64,000 nucleotides of DNA. It comes from Methanothrix sp. (GTDB lineage Archaea > Halobacteriota > Methanosarcinia > Methanotrichales > Methanotrichaceae). A program made the translations under genes and the position numbers. The stretch is from contig OY821645.1 of assembly GCA_963682135.1 (NCBI GenBank), positions 2,240,001 to 2,304,000 on the forward strand. The letters are read 5' to 3'. Shown here piece after piece: positions 21,264-32,182 of this stretch. The notes under the pieces were generated by a model. It was not told where the DNA came from. It saw nothing but the letters and a program-made list of their open reading frames with translations, and did no database searches. The number at the start of each line of letters is the position of its first letter. Position 1 is the first letter of the stretch.

Positions 21264-22139
21264 ATGTATTCAATAGAGGTTCATAACCTAACTAAGAAGT
21301 TTTTATTACATCGAGGACTGCTCGATTTTGTCACTCGTCCACTCAAAAAAGATGAGATTACATCCCTGGAAATGATCAATTTAAAGGTACGAGAGGGTGA
21401 AGTATTCGGTTTGCTCGGACCAAATGGTGCCGGAAAGACCACACTAATAAAAATATTATGCACCTTGATTTTTCCGAGCGCGGGAACAGCAAGGGTGAAT
21501 GGATATGATGTATTAAAGGAGAGCAAAAAGGTCAGAGAATCCATCGGCTATGTCACCACAGACGAAAGAAGTTTCTACTGGAGGCTTACCGGTCGACAAA
21601 ATCTAGAATTTTTTGCCAATCTTCACAACTATTATTCTCACGAGGCCCGTGAAAGAGTGTCAGAGATTCTGGATATCGTCGACCTGGAAAATAGAGCAGA
21701 TGACCCCTTTCTAAGCTATTCTGCCGGGATGAAGCAGCGGCTGGCCATAGCCAGAGGGCTGATCAACGACCCTCGGGTTCTCTTCATGGATGAGCCGACA
21801 AGGAGCTTGGACCCAAAAGCTTCTCAGAACGCCAGGGACTTTATCAGCGATTACATTGTAAGAGAGCGAGAGAAGACCATATTCTTATCCACTCATAACC
21901 TGGGCGAAGCCGAGCAGCTCTGCGATAGAATTGCTATTCTTGACGAGGGAAAGATAAAGATTGCCGGCAGCCCTCAGGAGCTAAAAAGCGGTCTGGGCAA
22001 TGATTCCACATTAAGCGACGTCTTCTCATTCTACTCAGGCAGGAGGCTCGAAGAGGAAAAACTACCGAAATCGTCCTTCATGAAAGAGAGGCGCTTTCGG
22101 CACGCAGGCGGATTTGGCATGAGGGGGAGAGGATTGTGA
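21264..22139 (+). CDS. ABC-2 exporter ATP-binding protein
   Basis: GPNGAGKT, YSAGMKQR, LFMDEPT. Confidence 0.92.
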   Translation: MYSIEVHNLTKKFLLHRGLLDFVTRPLKKDEITSLEMINLKVREGEVFGLLGPNGAGKTTLIKILCTLIFPSAGTARVNGYDVLKESKKVRESIGYVTTDERSFYWRLTGRQNLEFFANLHNYYSHEARERVSEILDIVDLENRADDPFLSYSAGMKQRLAIARGLINDPRVLFMDEPTRSLDPKASQNARDFISDYIVREREKTIFLSTHNLGEAEQLCDRIAILDEGKIKIAGSPQELKSGLGNDSTLSDVFSFYSGRRLEEEKLPKSSFMKERRFRHAGGFGMRGRGL

Positions 22140-22942
22140 TCTTGAGAAAGGCTTTCGCTTTCATAAAGCGCAGCTATATGCTGCAGATGAGCTATCGGTT
22201 GGAGTCTATTTTACGAATATTCTTCATGCTATTTAATATATTGACATATTACTTCGTTGCAAAGCTAGTAGGAACCGCGGGAGCCAAATATCTTGAACCC
22301 TATGGTGGAGACTATTTCTCCTTTGTACTGATCGGCATAGCTTTTTCCACATATCTAATGGTCTCGCTGCGGGGCTTCTCCGAGACCATAAGAGATGAAC
22401 AGATGATGGGAACTTTAGAAGCCATGCTCGTAACCCCCACCGATACGGCTACGGTGATAACCTTTTCATCACTATGGAGCTTCATATTTGCCTCCATTAG
22501 AGTTCTGTTGTATCTCATAGTCGGCATTCTCTTGGGCGTGAACATGACAAATGCCAACTTAATAGGAGCATTAATCATTCTCATCCTAACAATACTGAGT
22601 TTTAGCAGCCTCGGCATATTGGCGGCGAGCTTCATCATGATCTTTAAAAGAGGAGATCCCATCAATATGATGTTCATGAGCACATCAGAACTCTTTGGAG
22701 GCGTGTTTTTTCCTATCGAAGTATTGCCTTGGTGGCTACAGAGCATCTCTCATCTCTTTCCCATGACCTATTCGCTGAGCGGTATGAGACATGCGCTCTT
22801 GCAGGGATATTCGTTGCATGATTTGCTCCCGGAAATATCTACATTGGTAATTTTCGCCCTAATTCTTCTGCCACTGAGTCTATTCATCATCAGATTCGCC
22901 GTAAAAAGAGTCAAGGAAGAGGGGACACTGGTTCAATATTGA
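22136..22942 (+). CDS. ABC-2 exporter permease
   Basis: Hydrophobic protein with GTLEAMLVTP and GGVFFPIEVLP; overlaps the ATPase gene. Confidence 0.9.
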   Translation: MILRKAFAFIKRSYMLQMSYRLESILRIFFMLFNILTYYFVAKLVGTAGAKYLEPYGGDYFSFVLIGIAFSTYLMVSLRGFSETIRDEQMMGTLEAMLVTPTDTATVITFSSLWSFIFASIRVLLYLIVGILLGVNMTNANLIGALIILILTILSFSSLGILAASFIMIFKRGDPINMMFMSTSELFGGVFFPIEVLPWWLQSISHLFPMTYSLSGMRHALLQGYSLHDLLPEISTLVIFALILLPLSLFIIRFAVKRVKEEGTLVQY

Positions 22943-23045
22943 GTGATTTTCTTTCTATTTTTTTACATCAGGTTGCTTCCTTCAAACAGAACTCCTCCCG
23001 TGCTAAGTTTGATGATCAACATACTCGATGGATAAATATTAAATA

Positions 23046-23073
23046 GTATGATAATTCAATCGAATTATCATAT
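23046..23073. promoter_or_regulatory. Candidate NikR-type operator
   Basis: GTATGA-N16-TCATAT within the palindrome ATGATAATTC-AATC-GAATTATCAT, next to a TATA-like box upstream of the SBP gene; one mismatch to the E. coli NikR consensus GTATGA-N16-TCATAC. Confidence 0.6.
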
Positions 23074-23156
23074 CAGTTCACATATCAAGAAGATAAATCT
23101 TGCAGAAATGTCGAATGAAGCAATATGAATTGGATAATGCATATGAGGTGATCTTG

Positions 23157-24389
23157 ATGAAACAAACCCATAAAGAATTAGCATTGCTCTTATGCCTGTT
23201 ACTCTGGGCAGTTCCATCTGTATGGGGAGATGAAACGCTCAGGATATTCGGGAATGCCAATATGGATCAAACCATTGACGAAAAAGACCTAGCTTATGTA
23301 GAAGAAATTATTAGCGGCAAGGCGCAGACAACGGAGTTTGCAGATGCGAATAATGATGGAAATGTCGATGCTCAGGATATCGATCAAATCCAGGCCCTAA
23401 TTGACGACAATGCAAAATCGATAACGGTTAAGGATGCCGGAAATAGAGTAGTAACTGTAAAACTGCCGGTTAACCATTTCATTTCTGCGGATTACCGCAC
23501 GACTGAGCCCATGATAGCAATGGGAGCAACAGATAAGATTTGTGCCGTTGACACGACCTTTCACGAGCGAATGGCGGAATTTGGGCTCGCCGATAGGCCG
23601 GAAGTTGCAGTTCATGCTGGTGAGGTTAATTACGAGCTGATTCTGAAGATGCAATCCGACCTGGTATTGGTTGCTGCCAGCAAGGCATCCACTGCAAATG
23701 ATACTTCAGAGAAACTCAAAGGATGCCCGGTTATTGCCATCAGTCCCACCAATAGAAAATCCATAATCCCGGATTTAAGACTCTTGGGCTATGTATTGGG
23801 AGAACGAGAAGGATCGGAGAAACTGATCGGCTGGATAAAGGATCACGAAGGTATTGTGGAAGATCGTGTTAAAGATATCCCATCATCAGAATATCCCACA
23901 TTCTATTACGAATCCCAGGCCGACCAAAAACTGTGGTTCGCCTACACACCGGTTGGCGGAAACATCTTTGATGGATGCGCGGCCAATAATATCGCATCCA
24001 CGCTTGGGTCCAGTTCATCTTATGAGATCGAGCCAGAGTGGTTGCTGACTCAAAATCCGGATTTCATATTCCTGGACATGATGCAAGGGACGGACAGCGG
24101 TCCCGGAAAGAGCGAAGAAGATATGGCTGCATTGTGGCAGGAGCTTAAAGACAAGAGGATCTTCCCGGGATTTCTCGATATGAAAGCAATCAAGAACAAC
24201 AATATGTACATCATAGATAGAGATATCTCAAATGGACCAAGATGGGTAGTGGGCCATGCATATTTTGCCAAATGCATGCATCCGGAACTGTTTACTGACA
24301 TCAATCCTGATGAGTGGAACCAGGAATATCTCGAAGAATTCTTTGGCCATGATATAACAGGAACTTGGGCATATCCCATGCCCAAGTAA
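23157..24389 (+). CDS. Metal-chelate (Fe/Ni/B12-type) ABC substrate-binding protein with N-terminal dockerin-like motif
   Basis: IFGNANMDQTID...ADANNDGNVD; EWLLTQNPDFI; AIKNNNMY; AKCMHPELF. Confidence 0.88.
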   Translation: MKQTHKELALLLCLLLWAVPSVWGDETLRIFGNANMDQTIDEKDLAYVEEIISGKAQTTEFADANNDGNVDAQDIDQIQALIDDNAKSITVKDAGNRVVTVKLPVNHFISADYRTTEPMIAMGATDKICAVDTTFHERMAEFGLADRPEVAVHAGEVNYELILKMQSDLVLVAASKASTANDTSEKLKGCPVIAISPTNRKSIIPDLRLLGYVLGEREGSEKLIGWIKDHEGIVEDRVKDIPSSEYPTFYYESQADQKLWFAYTPVGGNIFDGCAANNIASTLGSSSSYEIEPEWLLTQNPDFIFLDMMQGTDSGPGKSEEDMAALWQELKDKRIFPGFLDMKAIKNNNMYIIDRDISNGPRWVVGHAYFAKCMHPELFTDINPDEWNQEYLEEFFGHDITGTWAYPMPK

Positions 24390-24468
24390 ATAATTTTTCA
24401 TGGACCAGCAGAACCTCTACCACGCCAGCAATGCGAATGAACATTTCAGTTTTTTGGGAGAATGAAAT

Positions 24469-25131
24469 ATGCAGCCAAATAAATCGGAAATTAAAGAGAA
24501 GATAAGAGCATTCTGGGACAATCCCAGCCACGATTATGATGCAGCACCAGCCCACGGGGTAAACTCTCCATCAGAGAAGGAGATGTGGAGAAAGGGAATG
24601 TCTCAATTGCTCGGCACTAACAAGGAACTAAAGATTCTGGATATCGGCACAGGTACCGGCTTTCTGGCGTTGCTGCTCGCCGAGATGGGATACGATGTCA
24701 CCGGAGTTGACTGGGCAAAAAGCAAGATACAAAAGGCAAAAGATAAAGCTGCAGCTCTAAAGATCAAGGTGAATTTCGAGGTACAGGATGCGGAGACACT
24801 ATCATTTCCGGACAACACCTTTGATGCCGTGGTGAGCAGGCATGTGATCTGGACATTGGCCGATCCTCTAACTGCGGCCAGAGATTGGGCAAGAGTTGTT
24901 CGCCTTCAAGGAAAAGTCATAGCAGATATCCCTCAGATGAAATCCCACTGCGCAAGCCATCACTTTGGAGAAGGGGTGGGCAGAAATCTGCCATTTTATA
25001 ACGGAGCGAAGCCTGAGAAGGTGGCAAGCATGTTCAGGGAAGCTGGATTGATAAAAGTAGATCTACTCACGTTGGACAGAGCAGTCGACTTGGATAAAAC
25101 GACTGTGCTGGTACATGGCGAAAAAGGATAA
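24469..25131 (+). CDS. Class I SAM-dependent methyltransferase
   Basis: ILDIGTGTGFLA, DAETLSFPDNTFDAVVSRHVIWTL. Confidence 0.92.
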   Translation: MQPNKSEIKEKIRAFWDNPSHDYDAAPAHGVNSPSEKEMWRKGMSQLLGTNKELKILDIGTGTGFLALLLAEMGYDVTGVDWAKSKIQKAKDKAAALKIKVNFEVQDAETLSFPDNTFDAVVSRHVIWTLADPLTAARDWARVVRLQGKVIADIPQMKSHCASHHFGEGVGRNLPFYNGAKPEKVASMFREAGLIKVDLLTLDRAVDLDKTTVLVHGEKG

Positions 25132-25158
25132 GAGGTTCGCAGAGGAAGGATAACGTGC

Positions 25159-26238
25159 ATGACACCAGAGATCTCCAATAAGAATGCGAATTCCGATTTG
25201 AGGATTGAATATCAGAAGTTTATTGGCAGAAAGATATTCTTTCTTATATCACTCCTTCTGGGTATAATTCTCCTGGGAGGCTATGCCGCCACTCAGGGCT
25301 CGGCGGAATTAAGTGTCCTTGATGTTTACTCTACCATTGGGGCAAAATTTTTTCCAGGAGTATTTGAAACCAACTGGTTTTCAGAGCAGATAGTATGGGG
25401 GCTGAGGCTGCACAGAATCTTCATGGCGATCGTGGGCGGAATTGGCCTGGCCATAGCAGGAGCTGTCATGCAGGGAATCTTAAAAAATCCCCTGGCCAGT
25501 CCTTTTACATTGGGGATATCGTCTGCCGCGGGATTCGGTGCTTCTTTGGCCATGATCGTGGGTGCAGGATTTGTAGGCGGAGAATACCTTATTATTGGCA
25601 ACGCCTTCATATTCACCTTCATCGCCTCATTAGTCGTTCTGGGCCTGGCGAAGTATAAGGGGATCTCCTCCGAGACAATGATCTTGGCAGGAATCGCAGT
25701 CAGTTACATCTTTTCGGCCATGACCTCATTTTTGCAGTACCTGGGTGATGCCGATCAGGTGCAGGGAGTGGTCTTCTGGATGATGGGCTCTCTGGGCAGG
25801 TCTGACTGGGACAAAGCAGCGATTGTAGCGGGCGTCATCCTCCTCTGTTTCCCCTATCTGCTCTTGCGCTCCTGGGATATCAATGCCATGGGAACTGGTG
25901 ACGAGACTGCCAAGAGCCTGGGTGTGAATGTTGAGCGGACGCGCGTCTTATGCATGATGCTGGTATCCGTAATCGTGGCAAGCATTGTCTGCTTCACCGG
26001 CACAATCGGATTTATCGGTCTTGTATCACCACACATAACAAGAATGGTTATTGGCGGAGACCATCGATTCCTTATGCCGGCCTCTGCCCTGGTAGGAGCA
26101 TTATTGCTGTTGGGCGCTGACACCGTGGCCAGAACGATTCTAGCTCCCGTAATACTCCCGGTAGGGATAATGACTTCCTTCATTGGAGTGCCGTTCTTTA
26201 TTTACCTATTCCTGCGCAAAAAGAAGGAGTTATTTTAG
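25159..26238 (+). CDS. FecCD/BtuC-family ABC permease
   Basis: MQGILKNPLASPFTLGISS, GDETAKSLGV, GTIGFIGLVSPH. Confidence 0.95.
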   Translation: MTPEISNKNANSDLRIEYQKFIGRKIFFLISLLLGIILLGGYAATQGSAELSVLDVYSTIGAKFFPGVFETNWFSEQIVWGLRLHRIFMAIVGGIGLAIAGAVMQGILKNPLASPFTLGISSAAGFGASLAMIVGAGFVGGEYLIIGNAFIFTFIASLVVLGLAKYKGISSETMILAGIAVSYIFSAMTSFLQYLGDADQVQGVVFWMMGSLGRSDWDKAAIVAGVILLCFPYLLLRSWDINAMGTGDETAKSLGVNVERTRVLCMMLVSVIVASIVCFTGTIGFIGLVSPHITRMVIGGDHRFLMPASALVGALLLLGADTVARTILAPVILPVGIMTSFIGVPFFIYLFLRKKKELF

Positions 26239-26310
26239 CAATGAATTTGCATTGCTTTTCCCATAGATAGCATGGGATGAGGGAATAGGTAGCTCTTCAC
26301 CCATGCTTCT
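26237..26310 (+). terminator. Two tandem hairpins after the permease gene
   Basis: AGCAATG/CATTGCT (26237-26256) followed by TTT, and AGCATGGG/CCCATGCT (26269-26307). Confidence 0.4.
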
Positions 26311-26468
26311 TCCCCCGAATAGTTTAAATAATCATACTTGGTAATACTAGATAATTAGATAGTTTTATTAATAATGCCGACGTCTGGCACAACTATGTTA
26401 TGGCCCTATGTTATACCCACAACGACGCATGAGCGAATCGACTGCTATCCAATGGAGTGCGATGGTTT

Positions 26469-27257
26469 ATGGTAAAAATCACGATTAAGGATCTGACCTT
26501 TAGCTATGCAAGCAACAAGATCTTGGATAATCTGGACCTGGTAATTGATTCATCAGAGATCCTCAGCCTGGTGGGTCCCAATGGGTCTGGCAAGACCACC
26601 CTCATAAAATGCATGGATCGCATTCTCAGGCCGAAGGGGAGCATCCTGCTTGATTCTCGCAAGCTTGATGACATGAGTGGCGTGGAGATTGCCCGTATTT
26701 TCGGTTATGTACCACAGTCCAGTTCAACGCCCTTAAACACAACCGTATTCGATACCGTGCTCATGGGCAGAAGGCCGCACATTAGCTGGCGAGTCTCCGA
26801 CGCAGACATCGAGAAAGTGGCAGACACCCTTGAACTCTTGCACCTGGAGAAGTTTTCCATGAGAGATTTTTCACAGCTCTCTGGTGGCCAGAAGCAAAAA
26901 GTCCTGATCGCCCGTGCCTTATGTCAGGAGCCAGAGGTACTACTATTGGACGAACCAACCTCGAACCTGGATATGAAGCATCAGCTCGATGTCATGGAAA
27001 CGATAAGCTCACTTGTTAAGGATAAAGGCATCTCCGCAGTCATGGCCATACATGACCTCAACCTGGCCTCCAGGTTCTCAGATAAGCTGGCTATGTTGAT
27101 GGGCGGGAAGGTATATGCTGTTGGCAGCCCAAATTCACTTATTACAGAGAGCAACATCGGTTACGTCTATGGGATTGAGGCACAGGTGAGAAATGATCTT
27201 GACAAGCCCTATGTTGTACCCATCCGATCAATGAACGCAAGCACTGTATGTAGCTGA
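26469..27257 (+). CDS. Fe-chelate/B12-type ABC ATP-binding protein
   Basis: GPNGSGKT, LSGGQKQK, LLLDEPTSNLD, HDLNLA. Confidence 0.95.
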   Translation: MVKITIKDLTFSYASNKILDNLDLVIDSSEILSLVGPNGSGKTTLIKCMDRILRPKGSILLDSRKLDDMSGVEIARIFGYVPQSSSTPLNTTVFDTVLMGRRPHISWRVSDADIEKVADTLELLHLEKFSMRDFSQLSGGQKQKVLIARALCQEPEVLLLDEPTSNLDMKHQLDVMETISSLVKDKGISAVMAIHDLNLASRFSDKLAMLMGGKVYAVGSPNSLITESNIGYVYGIEAQVRNDLDKPYVVPIRSMNASTVCS

Positions 27258-27321
27258 AGGCACATATCATCCATTTGAGCAGGAGACGAACGAGTTCGAA
27301 TCGTCTCTTGCATATTGTTTT

Positions 27322-28092
27322 TCACTCAATGATCTTTCTGAAGCTGATCGATGCCACGATAAAGATCACTGCATCAAAGGCGATTACAGCCATGAAGTCC
27401 AGGGGGACATTTGCCACATCTCCGCTAATCATCAAGCCCCTCACCGCGTCCACGGCGTAGGTCAATGGATTTAAAACCGCTATGGACTGCAAGAATGGAG
27501 GCATCAGCTTGATAGGATAAAGCGCATTGCTGGCGAAGAATAGCGGCATGATCATGGCCTGGCCGATGCCCATGAAGCGTTCCCTGGTCTTCATGAGAGA
27601 TGCCACAAAAATGGAGAGTGCCGCAAATCCTCCCGAAACCATGAATAGCATCAGGAAGGCGGCTAAGATGTAGATGGGATTGGGAATAAACTTCACACCG
27701 AGCAAGATGGCTACCGGGAAGATTATCAGAGCTTGGACCACGGCCCTGACCCCAGAGGCAATGGCCCGACCGATGACAGTAGCGTATCTGGATGCAGGAG
27801 CCACCAGCAGGCGCTTTAAAATCCCAGTCTCCCTCTCCCAGACGATGGTGAGGCCGTAGAAGACGGAGACAAAGATAGTGGACTGGAGCAGCACGCCAGG
27901 CGTGATGTAATCGATATAAGGGATGCCGTTGGTGGGAATGTCCCGCACATGACTCATGACCGTTCCATAGACTGCCAGCCACAAGATTGGCTGAACAGCG
28001 CGTGTGTAAATCTCTGTCCGGTCGTGCCTGAGCCGTCTCATCTCAAGCTCGATCATAGCAAACATCTCTCTTCGTGAATCATTAAATGCCAT
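27322..28092 (-). CDS. ABC-2 exporter permease (DrrB-like)
   Basis: DYITPG, WERETGILKRLLVAP, FFASNALYP, NPLTYAVDAVR. Confidence 0.92.
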   Translation of the reverse strand: MAFNDSRREMFAMIELEMRRLRHDRTEIYTRAVQPILWLAVYGTVMSHVRDIPTNGIPYIDYITPGVLLQSTIFVSVFYGLTIVWERETGILKRLLVAPASRYATVIGRAIASGVRAVVQALIIFPVAILLGVKFIPNPIYILAAFLMLFMVSGGFAALSIFVASLMKTRERFMGIGQAMIMPLFFASNALYPIKLMPPFLQSIAVLNPLTYAVDAVRGLMISGDVANVPLDFMAVIAFDAVIFIVASISFRKIIE

Positions 28093-28217
28093 AGTGGTAA
28101 CCTGATTGATCTCGTATCTCGAAAAACTCAAACACGTCGTTTTTCGGCCGTCTCATTTCATTGGAAGCGATCGCCAGTGGCCTACTCGATTGACCGGCTA
28201 TGCCAAATTTTGCCCAC

Positions 28218-29201
28218 CTACACCGTATGTCGCATCCCAGCATACTTTAAGAATACGTCATCCAGTGTCGGCCTTGTCGCTCTGATCCATTCCAGCGAGA
28301 TTCCTTCGTTCCGCAAGACTTCGATGATCAAAGGCATCGCAAACTCTCCATTCTCGACTACAACGTCCATGATGCAGTCATGAACAGTCGCATCGTCAAC
28401 GAAGTTCAGAGCTCTGATCTTCGTCAGGGTATCCAATTCCCGTCTAAGAGGAGATGCGGATGGATGCTTGGACTCAGTCCCATTGTCTGCCAGGCGAATG
28501 GATATGATCTCGCCATGAAGTGAGCGTTTAAGCTCGCTGGCGGAGCCGGTTTTGACGATTTTGCCCTTGTTGATGATGGCAACCTCATCGGAATACAGGT
28601 CAGCTTCATCCATGTAATGAGTGTTAAAAAAGACCGTGGTGCCATATTCTTTCTTGAACGATCTCAGATTCTCCCAGACCGCTTTTCTGGCGGAAGGGTC
28701 GAGACCCAGAGTAGGCTCGTCCAGAAAGAGAATTTTGGGTTTGATCAGCAGGGCACAGGCAATCTCAAGCCTGCGAATCATGCCACCCGAGTATTTCTTG
28801 ACGGGCCCGTTTGCTACGTCCTCCAGGCCCATGTTTTGCAGGGCATCCCAGATGATCTTCTTTCTCTGGGTGGAGGATACACCATAGATCTTGGCATATA
28901 TGAGGAGATTCTCAAAGCCGGTGATATCGGTCCAGACGCTCATCTCCTGGGGCACGTATCCGATGATCTTTCGGACTTTATCATCATCCTTAACAACATC
29001 ATAGGAAAAGGCACGCGCAAGTCCCATTGTGGGATGGATCTGGGTGGTCAAGATGCGCATCAAGGTGGTCTTGCCCGATCCATTGGGGCCAAGCAAAGCA
29101 AAGATGCTGGCGGCCTTGACCGTCAGATCGACTCCGTCCAGGGCGTTTACCTTGCCGTCATAGACTTTAGTAAGCTGCTTAATATCAATTGCAGATGCCA
29201 T
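28218..29201 (-). CDS. ABC-2 exporter ATP-binding protein (DrrA-like)
   Basis: GPNGSGKT, YSGGMIRRLEIA, LFLDEPTLGLDP, PTLDDVF. Confidence 0.92.
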   Translation of the reverse strand: MASAIDIKQLTKVYDGKVNALDGVDLTVKAASIFALLGPNGSGKTTLMRILTTQIHPTMGLARAFSYDVVKDDDKVRKIIGYVPQEMSVWTDITGFENLLIYAKIYGVSSTQRKKIIWDALQNMGLEDVANGPVKKYSGGMIRRLEIACALLIKPKILFLDEPTLGLDPSARKAVWENLRSFKKEYGTTVFFNTHYMDEADLYSDEVAIINKGKIVKTGSASELKRSLHGEIISIRLADNGTESKHPSASPLRRELDTLTKIRALNFVDDATVHDCIMDVVVENGEFAMPLIIEVLRNEGISLEWIRATRPTLDDVFLKYAGMRHTV

Positions 29202-29483
29202 GTTCACCTTCTGGATTTTGGTTTCATATCTTTTGATTTGATATATAAATTCTGCGATTAGTAGCATAAATTTCTGTATTCATCGATAAATTTAGCGTGC
29301 TTATTGATATTAATTTAAAATCTACTAAGATTTAATGTTACTACTGTATGGTTTTCGGTTTTGGATTTGAATTGTAATACAATCAATTAAAATAGCGATC
29401 GTTTTTTGCTACATAAAATATAAGTAGTATGAAAAAACTCATTTGATCGCGTAATCTATGTGAACCACTACGGAGGAAGATCG

Positions 29484-30617
29484 ATGAATAGAGCAAATGT
29501 GATGAAAATTATGCAGTATGCAATATTGGTAATGCTCTTCTTGGGACTTGCGGTATTGCCATCAACTGCAGAAATAGATATAAAAGAGAAAATCGTGGAT
29601 AAAAGCGCGGATTCTATCACAGTAGTCGATGAGGTGGGAAGAACAGTAACTATTAACCTGCCCATTAAAAATATCATTTCAACCGACTATCGCCAAATGG
29701 AAGCACTTCTGGCTCTTGGGGTACAGGATAAGATAGTAGGTGTGGATTCAAATTTCCCCAGACAAATGCCCTATTTCGGCCCAAAAGACGCAGCTGAAGT
29801 GGGACTGCATGCCACTGAGGTCAACTATGAACAGATCCTGATGCTGGAGCCGAGTCTGGTAATAATACCGGCAAGACAAGGATCTACTGCGGATGAGATT
29901 TCGAAGAAACTGAAGGGCGTTCCGGTGGTGGCTTTTGGCTTAAGTTCCAGAGATCACATGATCCCTCAATTGGAGATAATGGGACAAATCCTGGGAAAGG
30001 AGGAAGAAGCCAATAAACTGATCAACTGGACAAAGAAGTACGAGGTGATTGTAGAGGAGAGGATTAAAAATGTTGATCCATCGGATATGCCGACATTCTA
30101 CTACGATTACATGTCTGACACCCATAAGAAATGGTGGGCTCTGACCCCAGATAACCTTGCTGTAAGGGCGGCAGAAGACTGTGGCGGAAAGAATATCGCC
30201 TCCGACCTCGATCTAAATAAGACGACCACTTCCGTGGAAGTAGAAGCTGAATGGGTTCTCTCTAAGGATCCCGAGTTCATATTCCTGGATTTCATGGGCG
30301 GCTTGCGTGATGACCCGGTGCAGAGCGGTCCGGGAAAGACGGAAGATGATCTGAAAAAAACGCTATCTTCAATGATTGATGAGAGAGAGAAGGAAGGATT
30401 TCAGAATTTTGCCGCGGTAAAAAATAACCACGTGTATATCGTGGATAGAGATTACATTTCAGGTCCTCGATGGATCATAGGTCATGTACTATTTGCTAAA
30501 CTGCTCCATCCGAGTCTATTCGAAGATCTGGACCCGGCTGAATTGAACAAGGAATATCTCAAAGAATTCCAGGGAGTTGAGTTAGAGGGAACCTGGGTGT
30601 ACCCGGTTCCGACGTGA
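29484..30617 (+). CDS. Metal-chelate ABC substrate-binding protein (paralog of 23157-24389)
   Basis: Signal peptide; shares STDYR, H..EVNYE, EWVL..DPEFIFLD, SGPGK, GPRW..GH with the first SBP. Confidence 0.9.
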   Translation: MNRANVMKIMQYAILVMLFLGLAVLPSTAEIDIKEKIVDKSADSITVVDEVGRTVTINLPIKNIISTDYRQMEALLALGVQDKIVGVDSNFPRQMPYFGPKDAAEVGLHATEVNYEQILMLEPSLVIIPARQGSTADEISKKLKGVPVVAFGLSSRDHMIPQLEIMGQILGKEEEANKLINWTKKYEVIVEERIKNVDPSDMPTFYYDYMSDTHKKWWALTPDNLAVRAAEDCGGKNIASDLDLNKTTTSVEVEAEWVLSKDPEFIFLDFMGGLRDDPVQSGPGKTEDDLKKTLSSMIDEREKEGFQNFAAVKNNHVYIVDRDYISGPRWIIGHVLFAKLLHPSLFEDLDPAELNKEYLKEFQGVELEGTWVYPVPT

Positions 30618-30749
30618 CCTATCAATTCAATAACCGATCAATGAAATGCATTGACAAGTTGATCATTACTACCTAGAAGAGAGATGCATGGACAAAATGC
30701 CCATCATCCCTGAAAATTTTTGTTTCACGGATACAAGATTGAGGATTGG

Positions 30750-31418
30750 ATGTCATCAGATATAAAGCAATCAGAAATCAAGAATAAAATTAGGGAATGG
30801 TGGGATGATCCCCATCAGGACTACGATGGATTTATTGGTCACGGTGTGAATTCAGAGATAGAAAAAGAATTGTGGGGAAATGAGATTGCGCAACTGCTCG
30901 GCCGTAAGCATAATCTAAAAATCCTGGACATAGGCACAGGCACCGGCTTTCTGGCACTTCTCCTGGCAGGCATGGGCTACAGTGTAACTGCCGTGGATTG
31001 GTCCACGACTATGATGCAAAAAGCGAGAGAAAAAGCGAAGGCTTCTCAAATCCCTGTCTTGTTCGAAGTTCAAGATGCGGAGAATCTTTCATTTCCCGAT
31101 GGCTCTTTTGATGCCGTGGTGAGCAGGCATGTGCTCTGGACTTTAGCGGACCCATTTAGAGCATCAAAGGAATGGGTCAGGGTGATTAAACCCGATGGAT
31201 TGGTCATAACCGACATTCCACGCCAGGGATCGGATTCAGGAAAGCATCATTACGGAGACGAAATCGGCAAAGAGTTGCCGCTTGGCAATGGTGCAGATCC
31301 GGAAACGATCTTAGCCATGTTCAAGGAAGCCGGGCTGACTAATCTCAATCTGAAACTTATGGAAAAGCAAGGCGAGCAGCATAGAAAGACACTTATTATC
31401 TACGGAGAGAAAATATGA
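30750..31418 (+). CDS. Class I SAM-dependent methyltransferase (paralog of 24469-25131)
   Basis: ILDIGTGTGFLA, DAENLSFPDGSFDAVVSRHVLWTL. Confidence 0.92.
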   Translation: MSSDIKQSEIKNKIREWWDDPHQDYDGFIGHGVNSEIEKELWGNEIAQLLGRKHNLKILDIGTGTGFLALLLAGMGYSVTAVDWSTTMMQKAREKAKASQIPVLFEVQDAENLSFPDGSFDAVVSRHVLWTLADPFRASKEWVRVIKPDGLVITDIPRQGSDSGKHHYGDEIGKELPLGNGADPETILAMFKEAGLTNLNLKLMEKQGEQHRKTLIIYGEKI

Positions 31419-32182
31419 GCGACCATATGTTATGGGCAGAGGCCATAGACAAGGTAGTGGCAGGGGACCCGGCAAAGGCTTATGCATTCTTCGGGCACCC
31501 TTCCATGTCAACAAGCATCTTTGCACCTCGAATAGATTGCGCATTCCTGCTGACACCAGCGGGAGAGAAACTAAGTCTGGCTTTGAAAAAAGGAGACTGG
31601 CTGCCTGGATACGGCCATATGGAATACCTGTTCTCGGATATGATGCTCTATTGGCCAGGAGATTACGTCTTTTGCCTGGTTAGAACTCCGGGAGTATATG
31701 ATATGTCCTGGCATGGAGGAGAGAGCGGGCTGTTTCTCACACGCAGCTTTGCCAAGGTGATAATTCATGCAAGAAAAGAGGATCAGAATGCTCAGGAGGG
31801 CCAGAAAAGCCAAGGCACCTGGGATGCAGGATTTCCTCTGGAAATAATTCCGGAGCGCGCTCCTTACGATGCAAAGGCAATGGAGACACTCAAGTTCAGG
31901 GTAAAATATCTGAACCAGCCTATCAAAGCCAATTACTATGCATCTTACTGGGCATGGGACGAAAAAGGTGATCCCAGAGTTCAAAGAGGGACAACTGACG
32001 AAAACGGGTCATTCTCCGTCAATCTGATCCGGGGTGGCATGTGGATCATTGATGCCAGTTTTACTCAAGAGGAATCAGGAACTTTGATTGCAGAAGATTC
32101 TCGCAAATTCTACAAGGCAGGAGATGTTCTGGAGTACAAGACCATCCAGGTAAAGACTGAACTCACAATATGGGTTCGATGA
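31415..32182 (+). CDS. DUF4198-like (nickel uptake-associated) protein
   Basis: HMLW...FFGHP, FAKVI, PLEIIP...PY, TTDENG.F......GMWII. Confidence 0.65.
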   Translation: MSDHMLWAEAIDKVVAGDPAKAYAFFGHPSMSTSIFAPRIDCAFLLTPAGEKLSLALKKGDWLPGYGHMEYLFSDMMLYWPGDYVFCLVRTPGVYDMSWHGGESGLFLTRSFAKVIIHARKEDQNAQEGQKSQGTWDAGFPLEIIPERAPYDAKAMETLKFRVKYLNQPIKANYYASYWAWDEKGDPRVQRGTTDENGSFSVNLIRGGMWIIDASFTQEESGTLIAEDSRKFYKAGDVLEYKTIQVKTELTIWVR

